From contig NC_068985.1 in the NCBI RefSeq assembly GCF_001194135.2, positions 120,950,505-121,012,814 of the forward strand: a stretch of DNA of 62,310 nucleotides, in the 5' to 3' direction. Made by a program: the position numbers and the translations under genes. Below are positions 28,024 through 40,460 of this stretch, in pieces. The DNA comes from Octopus bimaculoides. Its lineage: Eukaryota. The notes below the pieces were generated by a model. It did not search any database. It worked only from the letters and a program-made list of their open reading frames with translations, and was not told the origin of the DNA. Position 1 is the stretch's first letter. Every line of letters starts with the position of its first letter.

Positions 28024-28410
28024 TACTGTGGAGGCGCAATGGTTAGAGCAGCGGACTCGCAGTCATAGGATCGCAGTTTCGATTCCCAGACCGGGCGTTG
28101 TGAGTGTTTATTGAGCGAAAACACGTAAAGCTCCATGAGGCTCCGGCAGGGGATGGTGGCGAACCCTGCTGTACTCTTTCACCACAACTTTCTCTCACTC
28201 CTTCTTCCTGTTTCTGTTGTACCTGTATTCCAAAGGGCCAACCTTGCCACACTCTGTGTCACGCTGAATACTTCCGAGAACTACGTTAAGGGTACACGTA
28301 TCTGCGGAGTGCTCAGCCACTTGCACGTTAATTTCCCGAGCAGGCTGTTCCGTTGATCGGATCAACTGGAACCCTCGACGTCGTAAGCGACGGATTGCCA
28401 ACAACAACAA
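28024..28410 (+). mobile_element. tRNA-derived SINE family C with (CAA)n tail and 13-bp TSD
   Basis: Head GGAGGCGCAATGGTTAGAGCAGCGGACTCG..GTTTCGATTCCC. TSD ATACTCCATATCC at 28011-28023 and 28410-28422. Confidence 0.92.
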
Positions 28411-28464
28411 TACTCCATATCCAGTATTAAATCCTTTCATCGGTAAATGTTTGCTGTTATGGCG

Positions 28465-28663
28465 TAGGGCCACCAAATTCTAAGGAAGAGGAAGTTGATT
28501 ACCTATACCCCCAGTAATCAACTGGTACTTATTTTATAAAGTCCAAAAGGATAAAAGGCAAAGTCGACCTGGGCGGAATTTGAACTCAGAAAGTAAAGAC
28601 GGGTGAAATGCTGCAAAGCATTTTTTACCCGGTCTGCGAACGATTTTGCTTGTACGCTGCCTT
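28465..28663 (-). mobile_element. SINE family A copy
   Basis: AAAGGCAAAGTCGACCTGGGCGGAATTTGAACTCAGAA core. Confidence 0.88.
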
Positions 28664-29571
28664 CAATTACCTTAATATTGATAATAGCGGTTTCATGATG
28701 AAGAGCGGTATGTCCTCTAGTGACGCTGTAAACCGATTCTCGACGCGGGAGGCCTCTTCTTTCTGCTTACGCTTAGTAATTTCAAAGTGAGGGTCAGTCC
28801 GCGCAATCTGATCACATTCTGTCGACTTGGGTGTCACGCAGTGGTTCAGCCGGCTAAGACGACTGCAGTGACCAACAAGCTTTAGGTTTTACATTGGAGT
28901 GGCTTTTTCTTCTAAGTGAATTGCTTAGAGCTCCACCTACTCTGACTCCATAATGAGTATAACACAATTCATACGGATATAAGTATCTGTGTATTTATAT
29001 ATACTTGCAATAACCATAGAAAGTCCAACGTCCAGCATTTCTGGCGTGATACCAGCGATAAAGAATTCCCCTGGAGGTAATAATATCTTGTCATATCCAT
29101 CATAACGCTTCGAAGAATTTCTTGTTGCATACTTAAAAGTACTGCGTTGATTTAGTACCTAAGTATGCTATAGTTTAATAATAACTGAAGTAAAATTTGA
29201 ACTTTATTAACAAGGAAGAAGTTTCTGTCCGATATTCTGCCATTAATATTTCTGGTTTTTTTGGGGTTCTTTTTTTGGTAGTTTGTTTGCTTTTTATACA
29301 GTACAGGTTGAAATATACTTTTTGCCACAGCAAACACACAACTACACGTAAACACACAAGAAACTGTTGGTTGCAACAATAGTGACGATAGCGGAAAAAG
29401 CAACCGTTGTGTTGGTGTTGAATATGTTGAATGGAGAAAGACAGAGGGAGAAGTGAGGGAATAACTAATGATGCAGAGATCGCCCCACAGCTTATCCCCT
29501 CTTAGAATCTTATCTTACTTTCTCTCTCTCCCTTTCCATCTCCCCCTCGCACTCCCCCACCCTTCTCTCTT

Positions 29572-29668
<97 letters not shown>

Positions 29669-30549
29669 NNNNNNNNNNNNNNNNNNNNNNNNNNNNNNNN
29701 NNNNNNNNNNNNNNNNNNNNNNNNNNNNNNNNNNNNNNNNNNNNNNNNNNNNNNNNNNNNNNNNNNNNNNNNNNNNNNNNNNNNNNNNNNNNNNNNNNNN
29801 NNNNNNNNNNNNNNNNNNNNNNNNNNNNNNNNNNNNNNNNNNNNNNNNNNNNNNNNNNNNNNNNNNNNNNNNNNNNNNNNNNNNNNNNNNNNNNNNNNNN
29901 NNNNNNNNNNNNNNNNNNNNNNNNNNNNNNNNNNNNNNNNNNNNNNNNNNNNNNNNNNNNNNNNNNNNNNNNNNNNNNNNNNNNNNNNNGAGAGAAAAAG
30001 AGCGAGAGAGAGAGCGAGAGAAAAAGATCGAGAGAGAGAGAGAGAGAGAGAGAGAGCGAAAGAGATAGAGCGAGAGAGAGAGAGCGAGAGAGAGCGAGAG
30101 AGAGAGCGAGAGAGAGCGAGAGAGAGAGAGATGTGTGTATGTATCTCTGTATGTATATGTTTGTATGTGTGTATGTATGTATGTATGTATGTGTGTATGT
30201 ATGTATGTATGTATGTATGTATGTACACACACGCGTAATGTACCTTTTCAAATCAATTCACAAAAACAAATAAACACCGCTCAGTATGTTTAAATACGAT
30301 CATAGAATTAAAAACAACCCGAAAGGAAAGAATTACCCCAGTTGTGAACAACTTTAAATTTAATTCCGACACAACTTTGTCGAAACTTTTAAAGACCATT
30401 GTCTATTTTGGACAACAAATACAAATATCAGTGAATACACAAGGCCATCATGGCTAAACGTATAAGCCTCCTTCGACCAAATCATGACTACAATACTGTA
30501 TACAACTGGATCTAAGATCTTAACGGTTTATATGTAGCATACATACATA

Positions 30550-30859
30550 CGAGGGGTGTATGAAAAGTTTTGAGCTTTCAAAGCCTTTGAGCCTTCATGG
30601 CCTTTGAGCCTTCATCAGAAGTCTTGTACCTTCATCAGAAGTTTTGTACCTTCATCAGAAGTCTTGTACCTTCATCAGAAGTTTTGTACCTTCATCAGAA
30701 GTCTTGTACCTTCATCAGAAGTCTTGTACCTTCATCTGAAGTCTTGTACCTTCATTTGAAGTCTTGTACCTCCATCTGAAGTTTTGTACCTTCATCAGAA
30801 GTCTTGTACCATGCTTTGTTTTTTTTTTGAGGCTCAAGACTTTTCATAGACCCCCCGCG
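30550..30859. mobile_element. Mariner-like MITE inserted at TA in a (TACA)n tract
   Basis: About 26-bp TIRs CGAGGGGTGTATGAAAAGTTTTGAGC / GCTCAAGACTTTTCATAGACCCCCCGCG, with flanking TA. Confidence 0.85.
30610..30809. repeat. 20-bp minisatellite (CTTCATCAGAAGTCTTGTAC)x10 inside the MITE
   Basis: Direct count of ten units with 0-3 substitutions each. Confidence 0.97.
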
Positions 30860-30906
30860 TACATACATACATACATACACACATACATACATACATACAT
30901 ACATAC

Positions 30907-31267
30907 ATGATATGATGATGATGGCTTCCCCCTCGTTATCGAGTATGGCCATTGCACGAAGCTTAACTTAATGGTGCTGTGATCGAATGTGACTTTTTAG
31001 CCCAGCCAAAGGTCTACAATGTCTTGCACAGAGTTGGCATCCAAAACCTTTACTGGCAATAGCTGGCTGTTGTTGCAACTGGGCTCCATGTACCTTTGCG
31101 TGTCGTTTAAGTCTTCCTGCTGAATCACACTCCCTTCCACATGCCCGACAGACATGATTAGTATGGTGTGTAGCATCATCACCAGCGGCCAGGTAGTCAA
31201 TAATCGGTCTTGCTTTATGACAACGAAGATGATTCATAAGCCCAGCTTTACTGAGGCACGGTCTTGC
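30907..31267 (-). mobile_element. 5'-truncated RTE-clade LINE 3' end encoding tandem C2H2-like fingers
   Basis: ORF 30968-31315: ..CLSKAGLMNHLRCH, CRACGRECDSAGRLKRHAKVH, CQLCARHCRPLAGLKSHIRSQH (RTE-type C.R.C.S..GL.SH.R motif). Short 3'UTR and (CAT)n tail. Confidence 0.8.
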
Positions 31268-31272
31268 ATACA

Positions 31273-31304
<32 letters not shown>

Positions 31305-31847
31305 CACTTACACACACGATCATCTCAAACTACATTAAATTTCAATGCAATCTATAGACATTAAATGTATATATTCTTTATCAATATAAATCTTTTTCCA
31401 TCTTTTATTAACTTATGTTTATAAATAAAGCCGTTTGGTTCCTTGAGTATGAAAGTATAAAGATTTTATGCAACAGTTTTTTGACGGTGTATATATTAGA
31501 GGAATATTATTTTCTTGCGTTAAGCTTGCTCACCAATCTTACATTACTGCATGCTAAGCAGATATTGCCTTCCTTTCTATCAAAGCCGAAGAAGAAGGAC
31601 AGGGCGTGGCAGTGATAGAAAGCGAGAGCGAGAGAAGAGAGTGTGTGTGTGTGACTGTGTGTGTATGTGTGCGAATCTGAGTGTGCGAACGTATTTGTGT
31701 GAGTATGAGTGTAATAGCTGAGATGAGAATCAGCGAAAGCCAAAGCTAAAATGAATTCCTGAAAGATAGTCAAAACAAATGGAAGCGAACTTAGTGTTTG
31801 ATGTGCGTCGCAATCTAAATACATCATTGTTGTTTTTTGTACTTGCT

Positions 31848-31920
31848 ACTCTTCTTCTTCTTCTTCTTCTTCTTCTTCTTCTTCTTCTTCTTCTTTTTCT
31901 TCTTCTTCTTCTTCTTCTTC

Positions 31921-31953
<33 letters not shown>

Positions 31954-32273
31954 TTCTTCTTCTTCTTCTTCTTCTTCTTCTTCTTCTTCTTCTTCTTCAT
32001 CATCATTATCATCATCATCATCATCATTATCTTCTTCTTCTTCTTCTTCTTCTTCTTATTCTTATTCTTCTTCTTCTTCTTCTTCTTCTTCTTCTTCTTT
32101 TTCTTCTTCTTCTTCTTCTTCATCATCATCATCATCATCATCATCATCTTCTTCTTCTTCTTCTTCTTCTTCTTCTTCTTCTTCTTCATCATCATCATCA
32201 TCATCATTATCTTCTTCTTCTTCTTCTTCTTCTTCTTCTTCTTCTTCTTCTTCTTCTTCTTCTTCTTCTTCTT
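31848..32273. repeat. Alternating (CTT)n/(CAT)n compound microsatellite
   Basis: Five CTT blocks separated by four CAT blocks. Confidence 0.97.
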
Positions 32274-32964
32274 CCTTTGACCCGGGTTAGATTTGATCGA
32301 GCAGAGTTACGATAAAAAAGAACAAAATGTTTCAAGTGTTACTATTCGGTCCTTTTCCCTCTGTATAACAAGTACGACATCGGCCGATGTGTCTTTGGTT
32401 GGAAGAATCGTCTGACCGCCGCACAAAACAACCTTGTTTTTATTACATCATTTCACATTCTAAGATCACATCCCGCCAAGTTCGTCTACACTCATCCTTC
32501 CAAAGTCAATAAGATAAAATACCAGTCTATTACAAGACTCAGCATAATTGACTACCCCTTCCTTACTTGTTTTGTCTTTTTTGTTAATTAATATTTCTTT
32601 AACATCTCAATTTAAATACCACCAAAGCGGAATTTACATTTGAATCTTCAGGCTCACGAATTGGAGGTGATCGAATCGGCATTGTGCCCATATTACAAAT
32701 GTTTATCGTGTGTCAAAATGTGTTTGTCTATCTTCAGAACAAATAATAGTGTTCGAATGATCCGCTTTACAAAGGATTAATACCTTCCACAAGGAACTAC
32801 GAGACACACGGCTGAGTTTGGTTTAGCAGATTCGATGAAGTTAAATCAAATCTCGTTGTACTCTTGTTTGTTCTAATGTTTTGCATGAGTTTGGAAAGTT
32901 CAGGGATGGCGGTTTTACCGACGATGTATCAGGGTATAGACAATACATATTTGTGTGTGTTTGT

Positions 32965-33012
<48 letters not shown>

Positions 33013-33485
33013 CTGTGTGTGTGTTTATCTATACTAGCATAAATATGTATATCCATAAACAAACACATACACGTGTGCGCACGCACATTCACGTATTTAT
33101 ATACTTACATGCGTGTGAGTGTGTATAAATAAATATATANNNNNNNNNNNNNNNNNNNNNNNNNNNNNNNNNNNNNNNNNNNNNNNNNNNNNNNNNNNNN
33201 NNNNNNNNNNNNNNNNNNNNNNNNNNNNNNNNNNNNNNNNNNNNNNNNNNNNNNNNNNNNNNNNNNNNNNNNNNNNNNNNNNNNNNNNNNNNNNNNNNNN
33301 NNNNNNNNNNNNNNNNNNNNNNNNNNNNNNNNNNNNNNNNNNNNNNNNNNNNNNNNNNNNNNNNNNNNNNNNNNNNNNNNNNNNNNNNNNNNNNNNNNNN
33401 NNNNNNNNNNNNNNNNNNNNNNNNNNNNNNNNNNNNNNNNNNNNNNNNNNNNNNNNNNNNNNNNNNNNNNNNNNNNNNNNNNNNN

Positions 33486-33556
<71 letters not shown>

Positions 33557-34099
33557 TGTGTGTGTGTGTGTTTCTTCGTCAACTTTCAAACTACACAACT
33601 CTGTTATGCTTTGTATTTCATGTCCTCTTTCATCTGCTCCCCTTATTCTGTGATTCAAGAGTTATGGGCTATTGTACATCTTAAAAGATAATATACATTT
33701 GATACACTTGATACATTTCCGCCAGAAACTGAGGTAAAAGAGCAACGCCGTAAAATAGCTTTAATAACGAGTCATTAGTTAAGACTCTCTGATTAACAAC
33801 AAAGTTGCTAAGAAACAAGCTACTGTCCAGTTCATGAATAGATGTCCACCTTCCACTAGTGTCCTTTCTTTCCCGTTAAAGGATCATAAAAACGCATAAA
33901 GACGACGTTAGAACTCTTTGTATTTATCCATTCGTTTATATTAGCCATTATCTTTCAAGATTTACATTAATTCTTTCGAAAGTTAAATAGCTTCTATTGA
34001 TGCCGCGCAGTAGCAGAGTCGCAGTCATAGAGATAACGAGAAAGTTATCTGAAAATGACATGTATGTACGTATTTATGTATGTTGTTGTAAATACGTAT

Positions 34100-34162
<63 letters not shown>

Positions 34163-34400
34163 NNNNNNNNNNNNNNNNNNNNNNNNNNNNNNNNNNNNNN
34201 NNNNNNNNNNNNNNNNNNNNNNNNNNNNNNNNNNNNNNNNNNNNNNNNNNNNNNNNNNNNNNNNNNNNNNNNNNNNNNNNNNNNNNNNNNNNNNNNNNNN
34301 NNNNNNNNNNNNNNNNNNNNNNNNNNNNNNNNNNNNNNNNNNNNNNNNNNNNNNNNNNNNNNNNNNNNNNNNNNNNNNNNNNNNNNNNNNNNNNNNNNNN

Positions 34401-34440
<40 letters not shown>

Positions 34441-37400
34441 TTATGCAATGTTTGTATACATCGAGATATCTTAGAATATTCTCCTCTTCATACAATGATT
34501 TCAAAACAAAAGAGAGCCATGCGTGTATTAAAAGACTTTCATGAGGGGAAAAGGTTACTTTCAGTATTTGGCAATCTTCCTCTCATTTCCGCTCAAGTAT
34601 TGAAATTAATGTTTAAGATGGAAGCTATAAAATCTTTTAACGACGCCATTTTACACGCGATTTCGCGCCTTTTCTAGTATACATTTCGAATGTTGAATGT
34701 TTCTACTCACAGCATTTACTTCCACTGCACATTTACTGCATATTACTAAGACTGAAATAGACTTTCTCATTTATTGTTCGCACTAGTATTTTGAATATTT
34801 TATATTAACCCTCCCCCCTTACTTTTTCTCTTTCATGTGTCATGGCATAACCATCTAAGCAAACTTCGTGGCAAGAGACTATTAGAAAAATCAATTTTTC
34901 TATCTCGATATTTCTTTTATAATTTTCACTTGGTTGAATTCAGTTGACACTTCTCATTTGCAATCTCTTCATATTCTGGCAAAGAAAGCTTCTATTTTGG
35001 GCTTATGAGGCATAGCTGCTTTTAATGTTTTTGTTGTGGTTGTTATTGTTGACGTTGTTTTATGGTGCTGTTTTATGCTTTTGATGTTGTTTAGTCACTG
35101 GTAAAACGTGAACAAATATATCAATAATCAAAAGCATTCTAGATGTGACCATCCCGTCTTTGGGGAAATATGCGTGACTAATGTATCTAATGATTCTTTT
35201 CCTTACTTAAAATGGTGGAGTGTTCTCTGGGGGTGGATATGACTACAACTTTTAGCAAACACAGTAACCACGTAAGCGCCCACTTGTTGACTCGCAACAG
35301 TGTTTGATAGAAAACGTTGTGAGCATTGCCTGGAGTGTGACGCGAATGAATCTAGTCATATAGTCTTCAGTGAAGGAACAATGTTAATGAATGTTTTATA
35401 GTTTTAACTGTTGCTAGTTGGAAATGTAAAAATAATTTTAGTAACATTAATAAGGCGAATTAACCAGATCAGTACGACGGTAGACAAAATATCGGGGATT
35501 TGTAAAATCGGTAAAGCGGTGGAGAAAAACAATGGTGATTAGTAAACTCGGTACAGCAGTAAAAATAAAATTGGCGGTCAGTGACAGAATTGGTTGGGCG
35601 GTGGATAACTTACCTTACGGTATTTAGTTAAGTCTCTTTACGTTCTGAAATAGAATAACTCCAAGGATGATTTTGCCTTTCATCGTTCTGAAGTCAATGA
35701 AATAATTATCAGTTAGGAAAGAACTGGGGTCCATCTTAATTAACTATCCTCTAGCTTCCTCAGTTTGAAATCAATACTGAAACTGCCGTGTAGCCTCAAA
35801 CTGTGGCACAGCCGCTTTAATTACTACTGCGTTTCTTTTCTGCCCGGCTAGAAAACAGAAATAGAAAATAAAAGATAGCAACAGTCTCAACCAAAATACA
35901 CCATGAGCCTACGAAGTTAATCTCTGAACAGTCACTCAGTCTGATAGAAACAGTACCATCAGTCAAATCTCTTTCTCAAATCACGATTTGCCCTCTCTTT
36001 TTCTTTTTTCTTTTTTTTTTTTTCTTTTTACATTAGTTGTCAGCTGATACTTATTGTCTTTTGTGTATCAAGTACTTGGTGGAGATTTCTTGCTCCTGGT
36101 TTCCATAGCAATAGTCTATAAATTTTTCGCTACTGCCTGCAAGTAGGACTAAATCTCTTTCAAATTACACCTTTCACTTTTATATAGAAAGGCATATTGG
36201 ACAATTTGGCCGGAGTGAAATTCACAGCTGGCGTGTTTTTCATCATGAGTTTGTTTGATCGGGGTTGAACTGTTATTAATCAACAACAACCATTTGTATC
36301 ATAGAACTTAAATTTAATTAGGGAAAAGAAAACCAATGGATGTTCAATACCAAAGATGTACCCCAAACTGCTCGATGTCCCCAGTGCCACTCAATACAAC
36401 CAATTCCACGCCACAGTGCTATTACCCCCCGATATACCCAATATACTCGATATAACTTATAGCGCCACATAGAGTGAATGCATACTCTAATAAGGTCAGG
36501 TCATGTCAGATGTTGGGGCACACGCCGTTGCAGCGCCTTGCTGTATTCACCATTCATCGGTATATTCCCGGGTCCTCCGAAGCAGTTCGTCGAGCAGCGT
36601 TCCAGTCAGTCCCCGTCTCCACGAGATGGATATTCTCGAGGACCCTTAGTCCACCCGATAAAGAAAATACTCGAATGCCATCCGCCATGGGCATTATTCT
36701 ACCACTTTAATGACGCGAGCGTTTCTAAACGAAACACATCCATTCCAATTTGAACTGTTGCTGCTGTTGTCTGTATAATTGTAGTTGTTGTCGTCGTAGT
36801 AGTTGACATTTATTCCAAAATCAACTCTGATCAAAGGAATCTCAACCTTGACCATCACATCTTTCATATCCTCCCCGCCCCACAGATTTGCAGAAGTACA
36901 TTACTCAATGCACCACAGCATCTCCTTGTATCATTAAGATTGTAGCGTGCGATTCTACTGAAGAGATTTTGATTTCTGTCTCTAAAATTATTTCGAACGC
37001 CCACAAAGTGACTGGTGGGGTGGTGCTTTTCTCTCAATTAATTTAGCCAAATAAACAAATATTCTGAGAAAACACAGATAATTTATTTAAAGAATTGTTT
37101 ACACTATTCACATGCCAGCAACGTTCGTTTCAGTAACGGTTTCCGTCTTTCCCCGACCAGATCGCAGCGAGTTCAATATTGTGTTGCTCTTCCATTCTTT
37201 TCTTTATTGTTATTGTTATTCTTTCTATTTTTGAAGATGGTGAGCTGGCAGAATCGTTAGCACGCCGCGCAAAATCCGTCCGTCTTTATGCTCTGAGTTC
37301 AAATTTCGCCGTAGTTGACTTTTCTTTTCATTCTTTCGGGGTCGATAAATTAAGTACCAGTGAAACATGGAGTCGATATAGTCAACTAATTCCCTCCCCA

Positions 37401-37460
37401 AAAATTTCAGGCCTTGTGCCTTTAGTAGAAAGGATTATTATTATTATTATTATTATTATT

Positions 37461-37959
37461 GAGTGAGAGAGCAGAGCGTGCCATCAAAGTGACAATGGGG
37501 TAAAATATACCGAGCCCGTCTGATAAGGGTACACCAGGCACATGCATCACAACCATATATATGCTACATGGTGATGTCATATCAGGATAAACAGTGCATG
37601 ACCTCGCAGATGGGGCCCAGAGTTAGAATTTTCTTCAGATCGAGTAGCCCATGCTGCTCAAAAAGGTCCCTGAATAAGGTTTTTTTAAGGATGTTGAGCA
37701 AAACACCCATGTTTCCAAAGGTGAATTATTCAAACCCCAAGGAATTCCTCTCGACACATGGCTATGATGCTCCCCCACTACTTCTGGTCATGATCAGAGA
37801 TGCACATATCGTCAGCCACCAAGGGACATGCTCAACTGGTTAAGGTCAAACAACTGACAAGCAAATCTGTGGTATTAAGCAGAATATTTNNNNNNNNNNC
37901 ACTTCCAATCAATTAAGATCAGAAGCCATGAGAGCCACTGCCTAGTACTGCATCCGGGC

Positions 37960-37963
<4 letters not shown>
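37461..37963 (-). mobile_element. ~500-bp non-coding retroelement embedded in (AAT)n; a 3'-end-only copy lies at 42801-42856
   Basis: Both ends abut (ATT)n. The terminus GAGTGAGAG(AG)CAG..TGCCATCAAAG.GACA.TGGGGTAAAATATAC is shared with 42801. Strand assignment and R4/Dong affiliation are inference. Confidence 0.7.
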
Positions 37964-38041
<78 letters not shown>

Positions 38042-38184
38042 TTGATAAGGCGGCATTTCGTCCGTGTTTATGTTCTGGGTTCAAATTCCGCCAAGGTCGA
38101 CTTTGCCTTTCACCCTTTCGGGGTCGATAGTCCTCTTCCACAAAAATTTCAGTCCTTGTGCCTTTAGTTGAAAGAATTGTTATT

Positions 38185-38423
38185 ATCATTTTCATATACA
38201 CTCAACAGATTAGTCTGTAGGAAAACGAAAAATCCTAACATCGGGCTACAAGTAACCTTAGATGCTAAGAACCCTCCTATCAGGCTACAACAAGTAACCT
38301 TTGCCAAGAACCCTCCTAAGTATCCCAGCTGTACCTAACAACAATGTTTTCTGGAACTGTACTAAACTGGGTTTTATGCCTATTTCCTCAACACATCTGA
38401 TCAGATCTGTAGGGAGTGTTCCC
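38185..38423 (-). mobile_element. R4/Dong-type RLE LINE, extreme 3' fragment
   Basis: Minus translation GTLPTDLIRCVEEIGIKPSLVQFQKTLLLGTAGILRRVLGKG matches the QK..LLGTA.ILR.VL C-terminus of R4-clade ORFs. Bordered by (ATT)n. Confidence 0.8.
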
Positions 38424-38920
38424 TATTATCATTATTATTATTATTATTGTTGTTGTTGCTGTTGTTACTATTATTACTATTGTTATTAAGGCGGCAAGCT
38501 GGTGGCCAAAATGCTCAGCGGCATACCGTCTGTCGTAACGTTCTGAGTTCAAATTCTGCCCAGGTCGACTTTGCTTTTCATCCTTTGGAGGTCGATAAAT
38601 GAAGTACTAGTGAAACACTAGCGTCGATGTGAGCGACTAGTCTCCTCCCCAAAATTTCAGGCCTTGTGCCTTTAGTAGAAACGATTATTTCTATCCTGAT
38701 GATTTTTGGTTATTTTATTACAGTTTCTTTTTTGACTTTGTTTAGGCAACAATTATCAATCAAGCATTATACGCGAGAGCTTAGTCTTGTCGATAAATGT
38801 TGACGTGTTGCCAATCAGTGGCTACAAATACAAGTCGGACTGTATGTGTTATCACCATGACTATTAATCTGTCAATCGATAAATATCTGATGGAGGCCTA
38901 TGTACTTATTTCAATACCTT

Positions 38921-39013
<93 letters not shown>

Positions 39014-39536
39014 CACCACAATTAATGTAGATATGTGCATATATAAGCGGGTATGTACATTAATACGTGCCTATATNNNNNNNNNNNNNNNNNNNNNNNN
39101 NNNNNNNNNNNNNNNNNNNNNNNNNNNNNNNNNNNNNNNNNNNNNNNNNNNNNNNNNNNNNNNNNNNNNNNNNNNNNNNNNNNNNNNNNNNNNNNNNNNN
39201 NNNNNNNNNNNNNNNNNNNNNNNNNNNNNNNNNNNNNNNNNNNNNNNNNNNNNNNNNNNNNNNNNNNNNNNNNNNNNNNNNNNNNNNNNNNNNNNNNNNN
39301 NNNNNNNNNNNNNNNNNNNNNNNNNNNNNNNNNNNNNNNNNNNNNNNNNNNNNNNNNNNNNNNNNNNNNNNNNNNNNNNNNNNNNNNNNNNNNNNNNNNN
39401 NNNNNNNNNNNNNNNNNNNNNNNNNNNNNNNNNNNNNNNNNNNNNNNNNNNNNNNNNNNNNNNNNNNNNNNNNNNNNNNNNNNNNNNNNNNNNNNNNNNN
39501 NNNNNNNNNNNNNNNNNNNNNNNNNNNNNNNNNNNN

Positions 39537-39590
<54 letters not shown>

Positions 39591-39704
39591 GCTTCTCAAA
39601 TGACTCAGCACGGACGAAATTGATTTTTAGAGTATTAATAGTCCAGATGATACTTATGATGCGTATGAAAATAGTGGTGATGGTAGTAGAACTGATTAAT
39701 AATG

Positions 39705-39735
<31 letters not shown>

Positions 39736-40040
39736 CAACAACAACAACAATAACAACAGCAGCAACAACAACACAACAACAAAATTATTAATAACAATTC
39801 ATTGATTCATATAGTTCAGTATCTCGTATAACTTGGTTAACTTCTCAATAGTATATAATATGTTAAGCCGGTTGATTCCAACTGTAATAATCAATGAGTG
39901 ATGATTTCAAGCCACTGTGTTTTCATAATATATCGATCTATTTACCAGTCCATTGGGTAACGAAAGACTGATATGATTTCTCCTTAAAAAGATACTCGTC
40001 TGTGTGCCTTTTTATGAATATATGCACGTGCCTGTGTATG

Positions 40041-40074
<34 letters not shown>

Positions 40075-40460
40075 GATAGAAAGATGGCTGAATGCATGTG
40101 CAAATGTGCATATCTATTATATACTGTGTATCTATGTATGTATGCATGTATGTATTAATGTAGCTACGTACGTACATATGAAGTGAGCATATAAGTATTA
40201 ATGCGCGTGTATGAATATATTACGTAAGTGAATATGTCCTCATTCAGTTTCATTTCAAGATTTCTTGCCAATAGAGAAAGAGCCGGTTTCTAACCTAGCT
40301 CCAAGGCTCCTTTATTGAAATTTCAACAACATCAGTAGGGTATTTTTGCGCATGAATATGTGTATAAGTGCAGTATTTGGAATCAGTTCATGTGAAGATT
40401 AAGTTTGTTTATTTTCAGTCATTCCTTCATGCATCTACTTACGAATGTTAAATTATATAT

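Larger units (their letters stand above)
37233..38690 (+). mobile_element. Three SINE A copies (37233-37435, 38046-38178, 38487-38690) interleaved with (ATT)n and nested elements
   Basis: Each has the GTTCAAATT..GCC.AGGTCGACTTTGC.TTTCA.CCTTT core and a GCCTTGTGCCTTTAGT.GAAA end. Confidence 0.9.

Noticed and set aside
28024-28100. tRNA genes at SINE heads (also 25770 and 46466)
   Set aside because: A and B boxes are present but there is no complete cloverleaf. They continue into SINE bodies with tails or TSDs.
30610-30809. CRISPR-like array (also the 60-bp repeats at 41241)
   Set aside because: Contiguous tandem units with no unique spacers, no cas genes and a eukaryotic context.
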